A stretch of 63,595 nucleotides of DNA, filler included, from Sphacelaria rigidula (Eukaryota), in the NCBI GenBank assembly GCA_964200075.2. It is 9 parts of 9 records of this genome, joined end to end, with 100 filler letters (N's around TTAATTAATTAA, not from the genome) between each part and the next. Parts side by side here need not be neighbours in the genome. Positions count along the whole stretch, not along the records: positions 7,079 to 14,056 come from CAXNAA020017113.1; positions 14,157 to 21,133 come from CAXNAA020017114.1; positions 21,234 to 28,210 come from CAXNAA020017115.1; 6 more parts are not named here. One strand, written 5' to 3'. Position 1 is the first letter of the stretch. The number at the start of each line of letters is the position of its first letter. Shown here piece by piece: positions 10,938 through 24,366 of the stretch. The position numbers were made by a program, and so were the translations under genes. The notes beneath the pieces were generated by a model. The model saw only the letters and a program-made list of their open reading frames with translations, was not told the origin of the DNA and searched no databases.

Positions 10938-11337
10938 GTATGGGATTTCTACAGCAGAGGCTGTTGGAGAATTCTTTTGCCCAATTTGAAGAAATTGACG
11001 GGCAAAACAAGGACCTCCGACAGCCTCTGCTGTAGAGATCTCATACGCTGGCAAGAGTGCAGCATATGAGATTTGTACAGCAGAGGTTGTTGGGGATCCC
11101 TCGTCCTCCACATGTTCAGTAAGTTGATGGGCAGAGCGAGGACTTTCGAACCGCCTCTGCCGTACAAATCTCACATACCGACTGCCAGTATATGGGATTT
11201 GTACACCAGAGGCTGTTCGGAATCCTTGATTTACTTAATTCATTTTAAATTGGGCAAAACAGGAATGATTCTCGAGAAGCCCCTGCTGTACAAATTCCAT
11301 GCATACTGCTGTAGCCAGTGTGGGATTTCCACAGCAC
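10938..11337. repeat. Tandem array of ~127-bp palindromic units (3 full plus 1 partial)
   Basis: Units at 10938-11046, 11067-11173 and 11192-11300 each read TGGGATTTGTACAGCAGAGG...CCTCTGCTGTACAAATCTCA. A fourth half-unit starts at ~11320. Confidence 0.8.
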
Positions 11338-12732
11338 GACTGCGTCAAAATAATCCAGAGGATTTCGATACTAGAGAGTTTCGGGGGGGGAAACAGGCCA
11401 GAAAAACTCAGGGATAACTAACGAAGTTGAGATTCAAGGCGAGGATATGACGACTCCCACTAGTTTAATCCCGAAAAAACGAAACCCTGAGGAGAGACGT
11501 CGCCGGCATGTCAAAATTAATTCAAACTGTTTTTAGGTAATCCCTTCGTTTTAAAGCACCCCAACGCGTTGGTGCCCAACTTGGGGCTAGGAAACGGAAC
11601 TAGACACCCTACCCCACAACGACCAAGGTTAGAGAACACAGCCGTAGGACAAACATCGTACGTGGGGCGATAGCGGATGCCGTGGACGTCCGCGACAGCG
11701 CTGGTGGTGGCAGCTCGTTCACGAGGGTCACCTAAGACTACGAGGAAGACTTGGAGGCGAATGGGGGAGCCGAAACATCAGTCGACCTCGCTGAAGATGA
11801 GGCGGAAGGGCGGAAGTCAGCCGCTCATGCAGCGGCGAAGAGGACATCTACCAAATGGCCACCTAACGTCAAGCTTGCGTTAGCTCGCGCGGGTACAACA
11901 CCGTGGGGTGGCCATTTTGTCGATATCCTCGTAGCGGCTGCATGAATGGCCGACTTCCGCCCTTCCCCCTCAGCTTCAGTCAGGTTGACAGTTTCTCATC
12001 TCTCCTGCCCGCCTCCACGCAACCAGGATTACTGCGTAGTGTATGTTGCTGAAGATGAACGTACTCAACGTATGCACACACACACACACGCAGGCATGTG
12101 TACACTTGCAGTACAGCCAGTACAGAACACGTGTACTACAGAGAGTACAGAGCTGTCTACAGACAGTGCAACAGTACAGTTCTCACAACTTGTGCTAGTG
12201 CTGAAAACAAAACCCGACAGGTACAGGACATGTGAACGACTAGCGGGCGCCGAGGTGCGCTGCCTGTGTGCCCAACGCTTTGTACTGTTATGGGTAGGAA
12301 TGGAGGCCCTAACGACCAAAATTCAGCACAAGGTTTAAAATAAGAAATGACGCGGAGGAATAATGAACACGTCAGTAGGTGGTCGGACCTGTCCCGAGGC
12401 CCTCACGAACATGCACGTGGTTTGCGTGCCCCCAGGCGCTGCTTTGTTCTGAGCGGCTGTGCACAAAGGGAAAATTCGCCGTTCAACGGCGAGTACCCTT
12501 TGAAGCGTCGAATTACAGAGGTAGAGTTGACAGAAGAAGAACAAAGCTGGCGGCTGCTTTATGTCAGGGCTCCAGGGCAGAAGCCAAGGCGTCGAGAGTG
12601 ATTTTAGTACGAGTACATGCGTTACATCTGCTGGTGACCGCGGTCATGTATTTAGTAACCGTCTGTATGTACTATCATATTAATAGTATCAGAATGAGAT
12701 GCAAACTATGCTATGTTTGAGAAGCTTCGTTT

Positions 12733-13692
12733 TTCACTTTGTGGCATGCCACCAGGTGCTGCTGCTTTGTTCTGTACGGGTGTGCACGAAGGGCAAATTC
12801 GCCCTTCGACAGCGAGTACCCTTCATGTATTGAGTTGCAGAGAGCGAGGTCACACATGAACTTCGGTTGTTGTGTCTGAGGGTTTCAGCGGAGAAGCCAA
12901 GGCGCGAAGAGTGATTTTGATTTCAGACTGCGCACCATGTATGCCTAGGTCGGCAGAGCCACATATCCGTACATACTGAAAATAGCGAGAAAATGACGTT
13001 GACGATGTTGATCTGGACAGAGAGAACCACACCGTGCCCAACCGACTGACAAGATGGGATTGCTTCCACTCATGCCATGACCCTGACCCCATGGGGCCCA
13101 TGAGAAATTCACTCTCCAATCCCGCAGTCATAGCTGTGTGTAGGATATGCAGCGCGTAGCCAATCCGTACAGCATGAACCACTTGATCGCCAACATCATC
13201 AGCATCGTTCTCAGTAGCTTTCTGATGCGCGACGCTGCTGCTCATGATCTCCAAATTTCCGTACTTTCTGGTTCTAGCACTATGTCAGGCACGCGTTTCA
13301 CTGCAGTTACGTTGGTGTGTAGCGGCCGCAATTAGCAGCTGTTCGTGCTCTTTTGTTGTTGTCTCGCAATGACGGTAAAAGTGGGGTGGCAGCTCGCGGG
13401 CGTGTGCTTCCCGACTGGTACATACAGAGGAAGGACACTATTAGCCAGTGCAACAAGATTGTCCATCTACTGATGTGGAGCGAGCTTTCCGGAGGAACAA
13501 AATCACCTCAACACCGACCACTCCTAGGCCTGAATACATGTACTAGAAATATACTTCATTTTCTTTAGTCAAATTGTCATTTGTAGGTGACGCGTGTATT
13601 TTCCATTGATATAATTCGTTGGATTACGGACCACTTCTGACGCATGTAGCGTTCAGCTTGCACTTTCCATGAATATAGTACCCAAAATCGGC
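12733..13692 (-). repeat. Second copy of the unclassified ~1-kb repeat (see 73-1056)
   Basis: Reverse-complement alignment to 73-1056. Confidence 0.9.
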
Positions 13693-13982
13693 CTCCATTC
13701 CTACCCATAACTGTGCCGGGTTCGTACCCGGCGGCTGTGTTGACAATACTCCTGTCGCGCATCCAACGGTACGTGGACAGCACAGACAATTGTGTATATG
13801 CTTTTCCGCGCTGCACGGGTAGCACCACATGGGTAGGCGCAGAGTACACACGCAGAACAGCACGGCGCGACTTGTACGTATTTACCTCATGACACCGACC
13901 ACGTGGCATATGGGACAGGAAACACTAAACCCTGGAAAGTTGGTCAGGGTCCATCTCTACCTGGTGAAAACAAAAACCGGTG

Positions 13983-13984
<2 letters not shown>

Positions 13985-14056
<72 letters not shown>
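13985..14056. repeat. (ATT)n microsatellite at contig end
   Basis: Perfect ATT run. Confidence 0.97.
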
Positions 14057-15987
14057 NNNNNNNNNNNNNNNNNNNNNNNNNNNNNNNNNNNNNNNNNNNN
14101 TTAATTAATTAANNNNNNNNNNNNNNNNNNNNNNNNNNNNNNNNNNNNNNNNNNNNTTTTGAACACCGTGGATCCTGAGGTGTTTTGAACTACGGCGCGG
14201 TCCTCCAAGCACGCGGTCCTCTCACGCATTACAGACATGACCAAGTTTCAAATCGTCCGCAAACTTCGTCACAGGATGTCACTTGCCAAAAAGTTGATGG
14301 GATATAACACCCCCTACATTACAGTTTCTCGACCTATTTATTCCTAACATATACGAAACGCGTACCATCTAGAATTACCACTAAAACTGAAGCAAGGATA
14401 TTCATGGGATGTCGATTGCCGTGGACTCTTACCTTCATATTCCTCGAGAAAACTGATATCCAAAATTGCTGTAAGGGGTGTTATACACCGTCATAAATCT
14501 AAGAAATCTCAGTCAGGTACCTGACGCCAACAGATAGCCACCGTGTCACGACAAAACAGTATCGTGCTGCCCTGGAAACCTTGCTGCCTCATCTGCTCCT
14601 GCATCAGCAGGTGATCTTACTGACTTCGAAGACACGTGAGTGTTTCTCCTCGATCGCAGGTACTCAGTCCGCCGGCATGTGTTGTACATATTCGAGGATC
14701 TTCTTCTTGACGTTTGGAAAGCTGTGCCTATGTACTCTGTATCCGTTGTTGTACTTAGCATAACAGTCAGTTACACACGGTACAGTCAGACCCCGGTGCC
14801 AGCCGTGGAGAACAGCCGCTTTCAGCTGTAGAAGATGCCCAGCAACCCGGCGAATGCAGCTGGCTACCCTCCCAGGAGATAATCCCTCTCATTACTGGAG
14901 GGAGATATGTGCGTGATAGGTTTTAATCTATGCTGCAGTCTCTTCTGTCACAGCGTCTCTCGTTCATCACGCCTACCTCTCACAGCAGCTGACGGAGAAC
15001 ATGTCGATGAATAGATATCACCCCCCTGATCATCGTTTGTACCCTTGATTTCCTCGAAAACACCGATATCTTCTCATCTGAAAGTCAGCTTTCTGTAATA
15101 AAATTCAAGTCAAGAGTTTTCAGAGATCGGAGTAAGCACGCCGCCTTGCATGCCGGGGAAATGGGGGCTGAGCAATGTGCCAGCGGTAGGGGGTGTTATA
15201 CTCCGTTACGCTTCAACCCAAAGCAGAACCGGAATATAACGAGCACCCTGATATCATGAAGTTGACGCTATGCTGAAGTAATCGTCAATGATTGTTGCAT
15301 CGTGCTTACGATCAGTCAACGTCATCAGTGAACGCTCGTACACGTGTATCTGACCGTCGCTGGTGCGATACCCTGTCGACTGCGGAGAATTTAGTATATT
15401 TGAAAATACGATACTCCTGCGTCATCTTTTGTGAGGATTCCATTTGGTTTAGGGAGAAACCTTGAAACATTTGACAAAACATCTCACCCCCAGTCAGGAA
15501 GTATCCCACCGGGTGTCTTGTACACCATGCACCCTCTCACTGAGAGAAGTCCAGCTCACTTGCCGGGCTTTCCCGCCTCGGAGTTCTCGAAAACGGCTTC
15601 TGGACAAATATCCAACTGAATATGAGGCCGCTCCCTGTGGCAAACGAAAACAAAAACTCCGGAAACGTGTATTTTTGGAGCTGCTGCGTCGTTTCACGCC
15701 CCAAAAGAGAGCTGGGCGAATTTTCGCACCTTGGGACGCCTTGCTGCAATCATTGAGACGGTCCCAAGACACCTGTGCGTTTTTCCTGTAGCCGCAGGTT
15801 TTTTGGCCAACCTTGCATATTTCTCGGAGACAGTTCAAAAAGTCCGGAAAAAAATCCGAATTGACCTGGTTTCATTCGATGCGCGAACCTAGTGACGAGG
15901 AATCTCATAAGAAGATCTTCTATACCCCTACGAACCGCCGCCCTTTGAGGTGTACACTAGCTTTACAAACAGCAAACTACAGGTCGA

Positions 15988-16334
15988 TGTGTGTGTTGTG
16001 TATTGTCGTCCCATTTATTCTGGGCACCAGTCTACACCTTTCGGTATATGTGGGGGGTCACACAGGAGGAAGGTCAACACAGGAGCTTTTTTTTTTTTTA
16101 ATACCCCAGCTTCCTTCTGCGGTGCTTGCCTTTATCTTATATCGCGAGAGGGGTTCAGCATTCCCTTTCCCTCGTCAACCGTTAAGTCGACTTTTGTGTA
16201 CCCATGATATAGTCGCTCTCCACTGTTGAGCACGGTGCGAGAAAAGATTCCAGATCGCTCCGCGAATCGAACCCCCCCTACTCAACCATCAGAAGGCTAC
16301 GAGGTTACCAACTTAGCCACCGGGGCGACCGGCC
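15988..16334 (-). mobile_element. tRNA-derived SINE
   Basis: Minus-strand head GGCCGGTCGCCCCGGTGGCTAAGTTGG (Pol III A box) ... GGTTCGATTC (B box), followed by a ~250-bp body and an (AC)n-like tail. Confidence 0.75.
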
Positions 16335-18508
16335 ATCGATACAATAATGAAACCCGATATGAAACCCGATGTAATCTTTGGTGTGTGCTCAACGCAGCCG
16401 TCCATCTTCCGTGTGAGACCCCTCGGCAACTCCTGCTGAGTGCTGGGGAGCTGCTTGGTTCTCCACGTCCGCGTAAACCTGCTCTTGCGAACTTCCTGGT
16501 CCAATGTTTTTCTCGGAGCAATTCCGAGCCGAGGGCAAAACGCTCTCTTGAAAAGCGCAACATGTTTGTTTTTTTGTCTCTATTTTCCCCCGAAGTGCCC
16601 AGGAACTCGCCGCGGCAGTTACCGGCATCTCGGACATACGAAGGTACTGGTACGAATTCGGGCGCACTACGTACCGTCGGCAGCAAGCGGGCTTACATCA
16701 ACGTTGCTGCTGCAACTTGCATGTAGTGTTTTTTCAAGTTTGTTGAAGAGCGTAATTCCCTCCGGGTAGGGGATGGGGGAATACACAGCGCATGAAGAAA
16801 AAAACATTGAGGATATACGAATATGGTTGCTCCATTATGACCCCGCACCGTATATCGGGCCTCTACTCAGCAGTATGATAGGATCGTTTGGATTGTAGAA
16901 TCAGATAAAAGTCCTTCGCACTTCCGTACACCCACCCGGGCACCAACGTCTTTATGCAGTCTTGTTCACGCTGATCACCTAAAATTCATTTATCAGCAAA
17001 TGCCTTTCCCAACGCCTGCCGGATAGTCGCATACATGGTACCATACTGACCGCCATGGGCACTGAAGAGGGTGACCTATATAGCCGGATTTTCGTTCAAG
17101 GCCATATCATAGCGGTGGCGATGAACACAAGAAGGTACCTCCCCCAATCAGCACCCTTTGAATTGTTCTGAAAATTAAGTAAACGAATCCTCGACATGGC
17201 TTGCTCTCACTCTCCACATATGCTTGTAGTCGCGTTAATCACCAACAGCTCCGAAATCTAACGAGAGAGCAGAATTGAAGACGGTCTCTATGGCATCGTA
17301 TCTTGCTTGAACCCGTGATATTTCGGTCAAGTAGGATCTGGGCGTCGACAGATACCCACTGATGATATGCATCGAAGGCGCAACAAGTCTCCCGACGGTT
17401 TCCCTTATATCTGCGGTAAAAGCTCAGACTACCCTCAAACTTAGCGTTTCGATAGGTATTGGTGCTCCAAATGGAAAATGACATTTTTTTCCAAATATTT
17501 TTCAGTTCCTCCCCTCTCGACCGGCTCCTGGGGTTCTTCAAACCGGGATCCCCGGAAGCCGGTACAAAATGCCTCAAAGCAAAAAACAAAAAAAAACATG
17601 TGTTCCGGGGTATTCCAGGGAATGTTTGTGGCAAGTTTCGTTGCGTAACTCGAATACATTCGTTAATGGCGGTCGTTTTAACGCTACTGTAGACGTACCC
17701 GAAAAAAAATTATGACACTGTGTTCAAGAAGCTGAAATTGTGTACATTTTAAGCTCACTTTATCGCACAAGAAGGAGAAAAGGTCAGGCCGTTTTTGGTT
17801 TTAGACTCTGAACCTTTGCACACACACACAACTACGGGTCACTACGACAATGCCAAAGATTTGGGGTCTGTCGGTTTGACTTGATTTTCACAGGTTTTCG
17901 GGGGTCCCATAATGGCATGTGATCCCACAGGCCCGCGGGACCCCCGATAACCGATGAAAGAACAAGTAAGTTGAGGGGCCCCGAAGTTGGAAAGATTTGC
18001 AAAAAGCCCATAACTTTTGAGTGCAAAGTTTCAGAGTCTAACTCCAGGAAACGGAAGGAAGTTTTCCTGATGACTGAATTCTGGGTGATGAGCGTAAACA
18101 AGGCTGTACTATACAAACACGTAAATCGTCGCAGTTACAGTCGAGGCGTCAACAGAACCGAACACAAGAAGCCGCTGAAGGTCGTTTCCTTTCCTTGAAT
18201 CCATCGCACGACCTGCTACTACTGCACATGTGCTACATACTCTACTGCTGTGCCCTTGGGCATATTGTCGCACTGACCGTAATTTCTTACCCGTCGACCG
18301 ACCAACGTTTTCTCCGACGATGATCATAACTGTTTTGTTCATGTCCCCCTCCGGCCAGTGAAGCCAGTCTTCTCGTTGCTGAGACGAAGACCAGCTTACA
18401 TGTTCTCTGATTTGCTACGTTTCCCTTCTTTCCGCTGCCACGCCTTTCTCTCTCGCTGTCTGCCTGTCTCTTCCGCCTCTTCCCGCCTCTGTCTATCTGT
18501 CTTTCCGT

Positions 18509-18546
<38 letters not shown>

Positions 18547-18831
18547 ACCTTTGCCCCCCTCTGTTTCCACCTGTCTGTACGTGTGCACCCGCGCGTTATT
18601 GCGTTTGGGGACCCGACGCTCAGCTGGATGTGTCTGCCCGTCCATCTCCTACTAAAAGCGAGATCGAAACCATAACGCGAACCCATAGATCTGTAGGGAG
18701 GGAGGTTGTAGTGGGTACACCGCTCACTGGTTCAACAAAGAGACGGACCCAACCCACCACTTCTCGGTCCCGTAACTACTACCGCCGGAGGCACTCGCCC
18801 AGTGACCAACTACCACTACCAGACGCAAACG

Positions 18832-19709
18832 ATGCGAACCCCTCCCGTGCTCTCGGCTGTCGCGCTCGCCTCCTCCTCTTCGGCACGCGTCGTCGGCACG
18901 GCCGCCGGCACTTCCTCGTATTTTGCGGCTCCGACTACCTACGTGGGCGCATTGGTACACTCCGCCAGCCTCAACCCGCGTGGCACACGCGGGTGTTCAG
19001 ATGGATCGAGCTGCGGACGCTGCTCGAACTACTACTCTTTGCGATGGCGGTATTCTCCGTTGTTACTATTGGCCGCCCGGCCAATCACGATAGGCAGCAA
19101 CAAAAGCGGTCGGGCTGTGCTAGGAAGATACCACCGTAGTGCCGGTAGTTGTAGCAGCAGCAGCAGGCGGCGCGGAGCTCGGAGCTGCCATTCTCCGCTT
19201 TCTCCGTCATTACGCCCGTGCTTGTGTTTGCCGATAGGATTGGCGGGGAAGCGATCATCTTGTTCGACGGTGATGTGTCGCCGTCTGCCATTATCTCATG
19301 ACGTAATGGCGGCGGCGGCGCAGGGGGGCATGGCGGGCGACGTTCTTGGCAACAGTGGCACTACCCGCAGCTTCAACACATTGACCAGCACCGCCTCGAC
19401 CCTCTTACCTGCCACGGGGGCGAGAATGCGGCAAAGCGGCGGTGATCGCTACAACCGCGTTGGTCCGCTGATGGCCACGTCCACTTCACCACCCTCGATT
19501 TCCGAGAGGGATATCATGAGAGAGTTTGCATCCGCCGCCGCTGACGAGGCACGAGGGCACAGCAGTAGCAGCAACGCCGGGAGAGGGGATGGCGGTCCGG
19601 CAGGCGTCGACGGAGGCGGTGTCAGCGCTAAAGGAGGTGATGATAGAGGAGGGACAGCAGCGGCGGCGGCGGTTGCGCCGGAGGACCTCTCGCGACCTAC
19701 AGGGTACAG
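18832..19709 (+). CDS. Probable first coding exon of an unidentified gene, possibly organelle-targeted
   Basis: 878-bp GC-rich open frame from ATG (MRTPPVLSAVALASSSSARVV..., Ser/Ala/Arg-rich) ending at a canonical CAG|GTGAGG donor. No downstream exon was found before the contig end. Confidence 0.5.
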
Positions 19710-21233
19710 GTGAGGACCGTGTACGGTTTCATAATGCGGTTGCACACAGTAGCGTAGCTGCTTTTGTGGGTGTCATGCAGAGCTACGACGTATGGCCCTC
19801 GGCCAGATTGCGTATCTTCAGCCCTCGAAACGTGATCGCTCCCAGTGTGTGGGGTTTTGCCCAGGAGGAGGAGGAGAAGGAGTAGGAGGAGGAGAGATCG
19901 GCATCGGTAAGGATGATGATTGAAATCGCCGAACAGGGGTGCTTCGCCGTTTTTTTGCGCCATGATTTGTGTGCATGTCCCCCCACCGAAGCGGTCGGTA
20001 GTTGAATGGGCATCAGTTGCAGCATGCTGGAGCTTATGAGTTTGTTTCCTCGCTACCATGACTAAAGCATCGCCATACGCAGTCTGTTTGGGCCGCGTAG
20101 TAATATTGGCCGAAGGGTCGAAGGTTTCCACGACCTCGGCTCGAGGTGCTGCATCTGAAAACACATTACCAAACAACTCGCGGAGTGGGAATGCCGTGTT
20201 GTCAACCCCTCAACCCCTCAACCCCTCAACCTCACTTGATATTTGATTCGGCCGCTGTGGTCATCAGTGTATGATGCTGCACTGTACCGCTGTAGTGCGG
20301 CCATGTGGGCAATTGAGCAACTACGACAGATGGTCGTGAAAAGTTTTTTCCCAACCAAAACGATTACGGCACAAAAGGCATGTTTACCAAAAGTAAACTA
20401 CGTACATGAGATGAGCATGCACCACATCATCGTATATATAGCGTCCGCTTATTTACCTTCGCACCGTTCCCCTCGTGGGTCCCCCGCCGTTAGCTACCAC
20501 AGCTCCTGCAATACCCTTGCCGGTCATCGTTCTATACTGTAATATACTACCACCGTGGTGCAAAATTAGCGTGTAAAACGAAATGAATATATATTTTCAG
20601 TACATTGATATATGTATATATATATATGAAAACGGGATTCCACATACTGGTTATTTTCCATGTTTCAATGACTCGTGGTGATTCCAGATGACTAGGTGAT
20701 TTTCCCCAAGATGGCGTCGCCGATACGACACAGTAGCAGTACCCTACCTTATCTTGTAGTGCACGCGTTTGTTTTGAATGTGCACTCCGTCGTGGAAATG
20801 AATCACCGTCTCCCCCTTCCTGCGAAACGATGCTCTGTCTCGAAAGGGATGCGTGGTCAATGGTCAAACGACTAAGGCAAGCAACGAATAGGTACGCCGC
20901 CCCCCTTCCCCATCCCCCCCGCGCGCAGATATGGCGATGTATTGACGGACAATGAAGGCCTCCCCCTGGTGTACGACAGCGACTGCATCGGCCGATACTG
21001 GGACAAGCGTCCAGGCGAGGTGAGTTTTTTTCGGGGGGGGGGGGGGAAGGGGGGGGGGAGGACAGCGTGACTTCACCAATCAATAGCTTTCCCGGGGGAC
21101 TGGGTTTAAACCCCTTTCGCGTGCCCGTACTTTNNNNNNNNNNNNNNNNNNNNNNNNNNNNNNNNNNNNNNNNNNNNTTAATTAATTAANNNNNNNNNNN
21201 NNNNNNNNNNNNNNNNNNNNNNNNNNNNNNNNN

Positions 21234-21301
21234 GTCACGAGTCGACTCATGATACTAAAACCAAGTAATTTCCAGACGAATCATTATTTGTCCAATCCTT
21301 G
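21234..21301 (-). mobile_element. Terminal fragment of a hAT-like MITE (same family as 22696-22906)
   Basis: ~50 bp reverse-complement match to 22696-22745, ending CCTTG. Confidence 0.7.
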
Positions 21302-23690
21302 TTTTCTTTGACACCAAGATCAAGTGGTGCAGCAAGGTATACTCTGGTGGACAAGTGTTCCACAACCCCGAGCGCTTGCAAGGCTTGGCGAAAATGCGGA
21401 GGTCTGAGACGGCGGAAGAACCGATGCAATTTCTGCAAGCCGTCTAGTAGTTGCGGATGTCGTCTCCGCGGCTGACGGAGGTCGTGAAACCTCTCCGACG
21501 CTTCACGGAGAAGCACATGGCGTCAGCGCCGCGCCGGACGAAGGGGATCACATCTGATCGTGCGATTAAGCGAGAGACGTGGACGGCCGGCATGATTGAA
21601 GCATGGAAAACGGCGCGGGATTTGATGGCGCATGCGGTAGCGCTATCGCACGCACCCGAGGGACGGAATTGCTGTGCTGATGTTTCCCGACGCGTCCGAT
21701 GAGCATTGGGAAAGCTGCTTGACACAGGTCCCGCAGGACGAGCTTAAGCGCGGAATACCCATGAAGGATTTGTCCCCACGAACCGCTCGCGTTCCCCAGC
21801 GGTACGTTCAAAGGCTCTTAGAGGAGGTAAGCAACTGTCGGCAAGAGAAGGTTTCGCAATCGTCGGCATGTGTAATAAGGTTGGACGACCCCTCGTGGGC
21901 AAGTGTGAGTATATTCACCGACCACAGCGATCCGGCATATATTTTCAATCTTGACGCGCGTGTTCGTTTCGTCGTTGCCCAAGACCACTGCCCAGCGTCT
22001 CGAGCAACGTAAGATGGTCTTGGCGTAGTTTGAATACTCCAGCGTGCGTGTCTCTGGCGAGAGGGACCACTGGGGGGGGGGGGGGACCTGCTGCCCAGGC
22101 GGGTCAATGTTCCGATAACGAAGGTTAGGGCAGCGGCGGTGTTTGCACCGAGCGAACGTTACGATACAAAACCGTAGAAAGAGGTCGTACGTCAAGTTCA
22201 GCAGAATGCCCACAAAAAATGTTCAACTGCAGCGCCTAGGGCAGCGGTTCTCACGGCCCTGCACGGACAAGCCGTGGAGGGCGAAGACGAAATTTTTTAC
22301 GCCAAGGTGAAGGGACGTGACGTCATGAGGATACCTCTGACGATACGACGGAACTGCAACAAAGTCCGATGGTTTGCGCCCACATGCGAGGAGACGGTCA
22401 TCGGGGTACCGTGATGACTCTACCGCAGTTACCAGAAGACTGCCGCTGATTTCACACGGAAAGTCAGGTGACGGGAGTTTGTCAAACCGTGCCTGCATTG
22501 TGTGGATTCGAAGGTTGGCGAGATAGTTCCAACGTCGCTTGGAGGAAGAGTGCATGGTGCATGGTCAGGCGGAGTAATTCATCTTCATCTGTATGATGAC
22601 CAATGTGGGCCGTTGAAAGGCCACGGATTGAATGACGGTGACGGATTCAAATTCATCTTAGTAATCATGGATGATCCCAGCGACTGTAAATGGTTCAAGG
22701 GTCGGACAAATAATGATTCGTCTGGAAATTACTTGGTTTTAGTATAATTGATTCAACNNNNNNNNGCCCCGACACGTGGAATGGCGCAAAAGTTGCGTTG
22801 ATACCCCTTGGACCAGCGATCAACTTTTTTCCCCCCTTTCGGGCAATCAGGCCGAAGAAATCGTGAATTTGGTGACTTTGAGTCGTGATGATTTGTTCTA
22901 AACATGAAATGGTTCGAGCCAGCTGAATCGTGTGCGGTCGTCCTCACAGTCAAGCATTTGCTCTGCTGGTGTAAGATTTTCAGGTGTTACACAGATGTGG
23001 GTCAGCGATATGGTATCTCATTTCAATAACCCCATCATGACTAAACTCGCGAATGCTCCGAAAGTGAAATATAAAGTTCACGGTTGCAAATACGCCTAGA
23101 AGTAATGGATCAGTAAAAAGGATTATGCTTCAAGCGGTTCGCACGCTGAAGGCGGTCTTGCAGGAAGAGAGACGCGACTTGCGTGAGTGGATTGATTCAG
23201 TCTCAGCCGTACGGTGGGCTCTGAAAACTGCGTAACGTGAGCGTTACGCGAGCACGCCGTGTCACCTCATGTTCGGTAGGGCGCCGCAAACCAGTTTTTC
23301 AACGCTAGCACCTTGCGAAAGGAGACCACTGACACTTACACGTGTTAGATAGCGAAGGGCTGAAGCGGAAGGTAACTGACGTGGTGGCTGTCAACGGGGG
23401 ATGCACAAACACTTGCAAGACATGGTAGAGCAGAATCGTGAAAACCAATGAAGATATGCTAGTACGGGCGAGTCACAAGTCGGCTCGGAGGGATGTGAAA
23501 CGATCCCAGGCGACGCGATCACACTTCTTCTCTGGTAAGAGCTTGTTGCGCTTGTCGCCATGCTCTCAAACGCATCTGTATTACTGCACGGTGGCTGTAA
23601 TACTCCGCACTGATGCGGCTGATACAGCCGGTATTCCTTCTGCACAGCGAGAGGGCACGCTGTGGTACATAGGATCAGTGTATTCAAGTA
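21302..23690 (+). pseudogene. Highly decayed Gypsy pol relic (RT end, RNase H, integrase), related to the contig-1 element
   Basis: LMFPDASDEHWESCLTQVP, VSIFTDH, DGFKFILVIMDD and TPCHLMFGRAPQTSF match the contig-1 motifs. Many frameshifts. Confidence 0.85.
22696..22906 (+). mobile_element. hAT-like non-autonomous element inserted in the Gypsy relic (contains an 8-N gap)
   Basis: Perfect 8-bp TSD AAATGGTT (22688-22695 / 22907-22914). Imperfect TIRs CAAGGGTCGGACAAATAAT / ATGATTTGTTCTAAACATG. Confidence 0.8.
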
Positions 23691-24084
23691 GGGTTGGTCT
23701 GTAGCACGCCAGGCATGTGTCTAGTCATGGATAACGCACCAGCACCCGCCAGCAAGATGACCCATATGTTACCATGTTCCGCTTTTACGCGCACAACCCC
23801 ACGCGTTGGAATCCGTGCTTCAGCGCAAGGTTTGCAGCATGCACCCAACCCAGCACCGAAAACATCTTACAGCCGCACGGCCACTTCTGTACAAAGAGAT
23901 GAATCACTTTTTTTTTGTGTCCCTTGTTCGCCCATTGCTCTCCACTTCCCCCCCCCCCCCCCCCCCCCCCCCCCCTTCTCCCGGTTTTCTCTCCCCCGAA
24001 CGTCAATAATTAAAAGTTCTACACACTCTTTTGATTTGCGTTACCCCCAGTTCATCGGCATTGTTATCCCTGCCTAAAGTGTCA

Positions 24085-24366
24085 ATATTCAAGTGTACTA
24101 CACGCTTTTGAGAGCTGGGTGCCATGTTGGAGGTATACAAGGCGCGCGGCCGGCTCATCGCAGGATGGACAAGAGCACAAAGGAGGCAAGGCTACACTAG
24201 ACGGCGTCGGCTGGGAGGGGTGACCCCCATCCCGCCCAGGTGACGCCATCTCGTGTGACCTTGCCTCCTTTGTGCTCTTGTCCATCCTGCGGTGAGCTGC
24301 GCCGCGGGTCTTGTGTACCTCCAACACGGCACCCAGCTCTCAAGAGCGCGTGGTACGCTTGGATAT
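24085..24366. repeat. ~280-bp near-perfect foldback (long hairpin)
   Basis: ATATTCAAGTGTACTACACGC... pairs with ...GCGCGTGGTACGCTTGGATAT, with the centre near 24225. Arm differences are mostly transitions. Confidence 0.9.

Noticed and set aside
16255-16334. tRNA gene
   Set aside because: A and B boxes are present, but there is no convincing cloverleaf and it continues into a body and simple-repeat tail. It is a SINE head.
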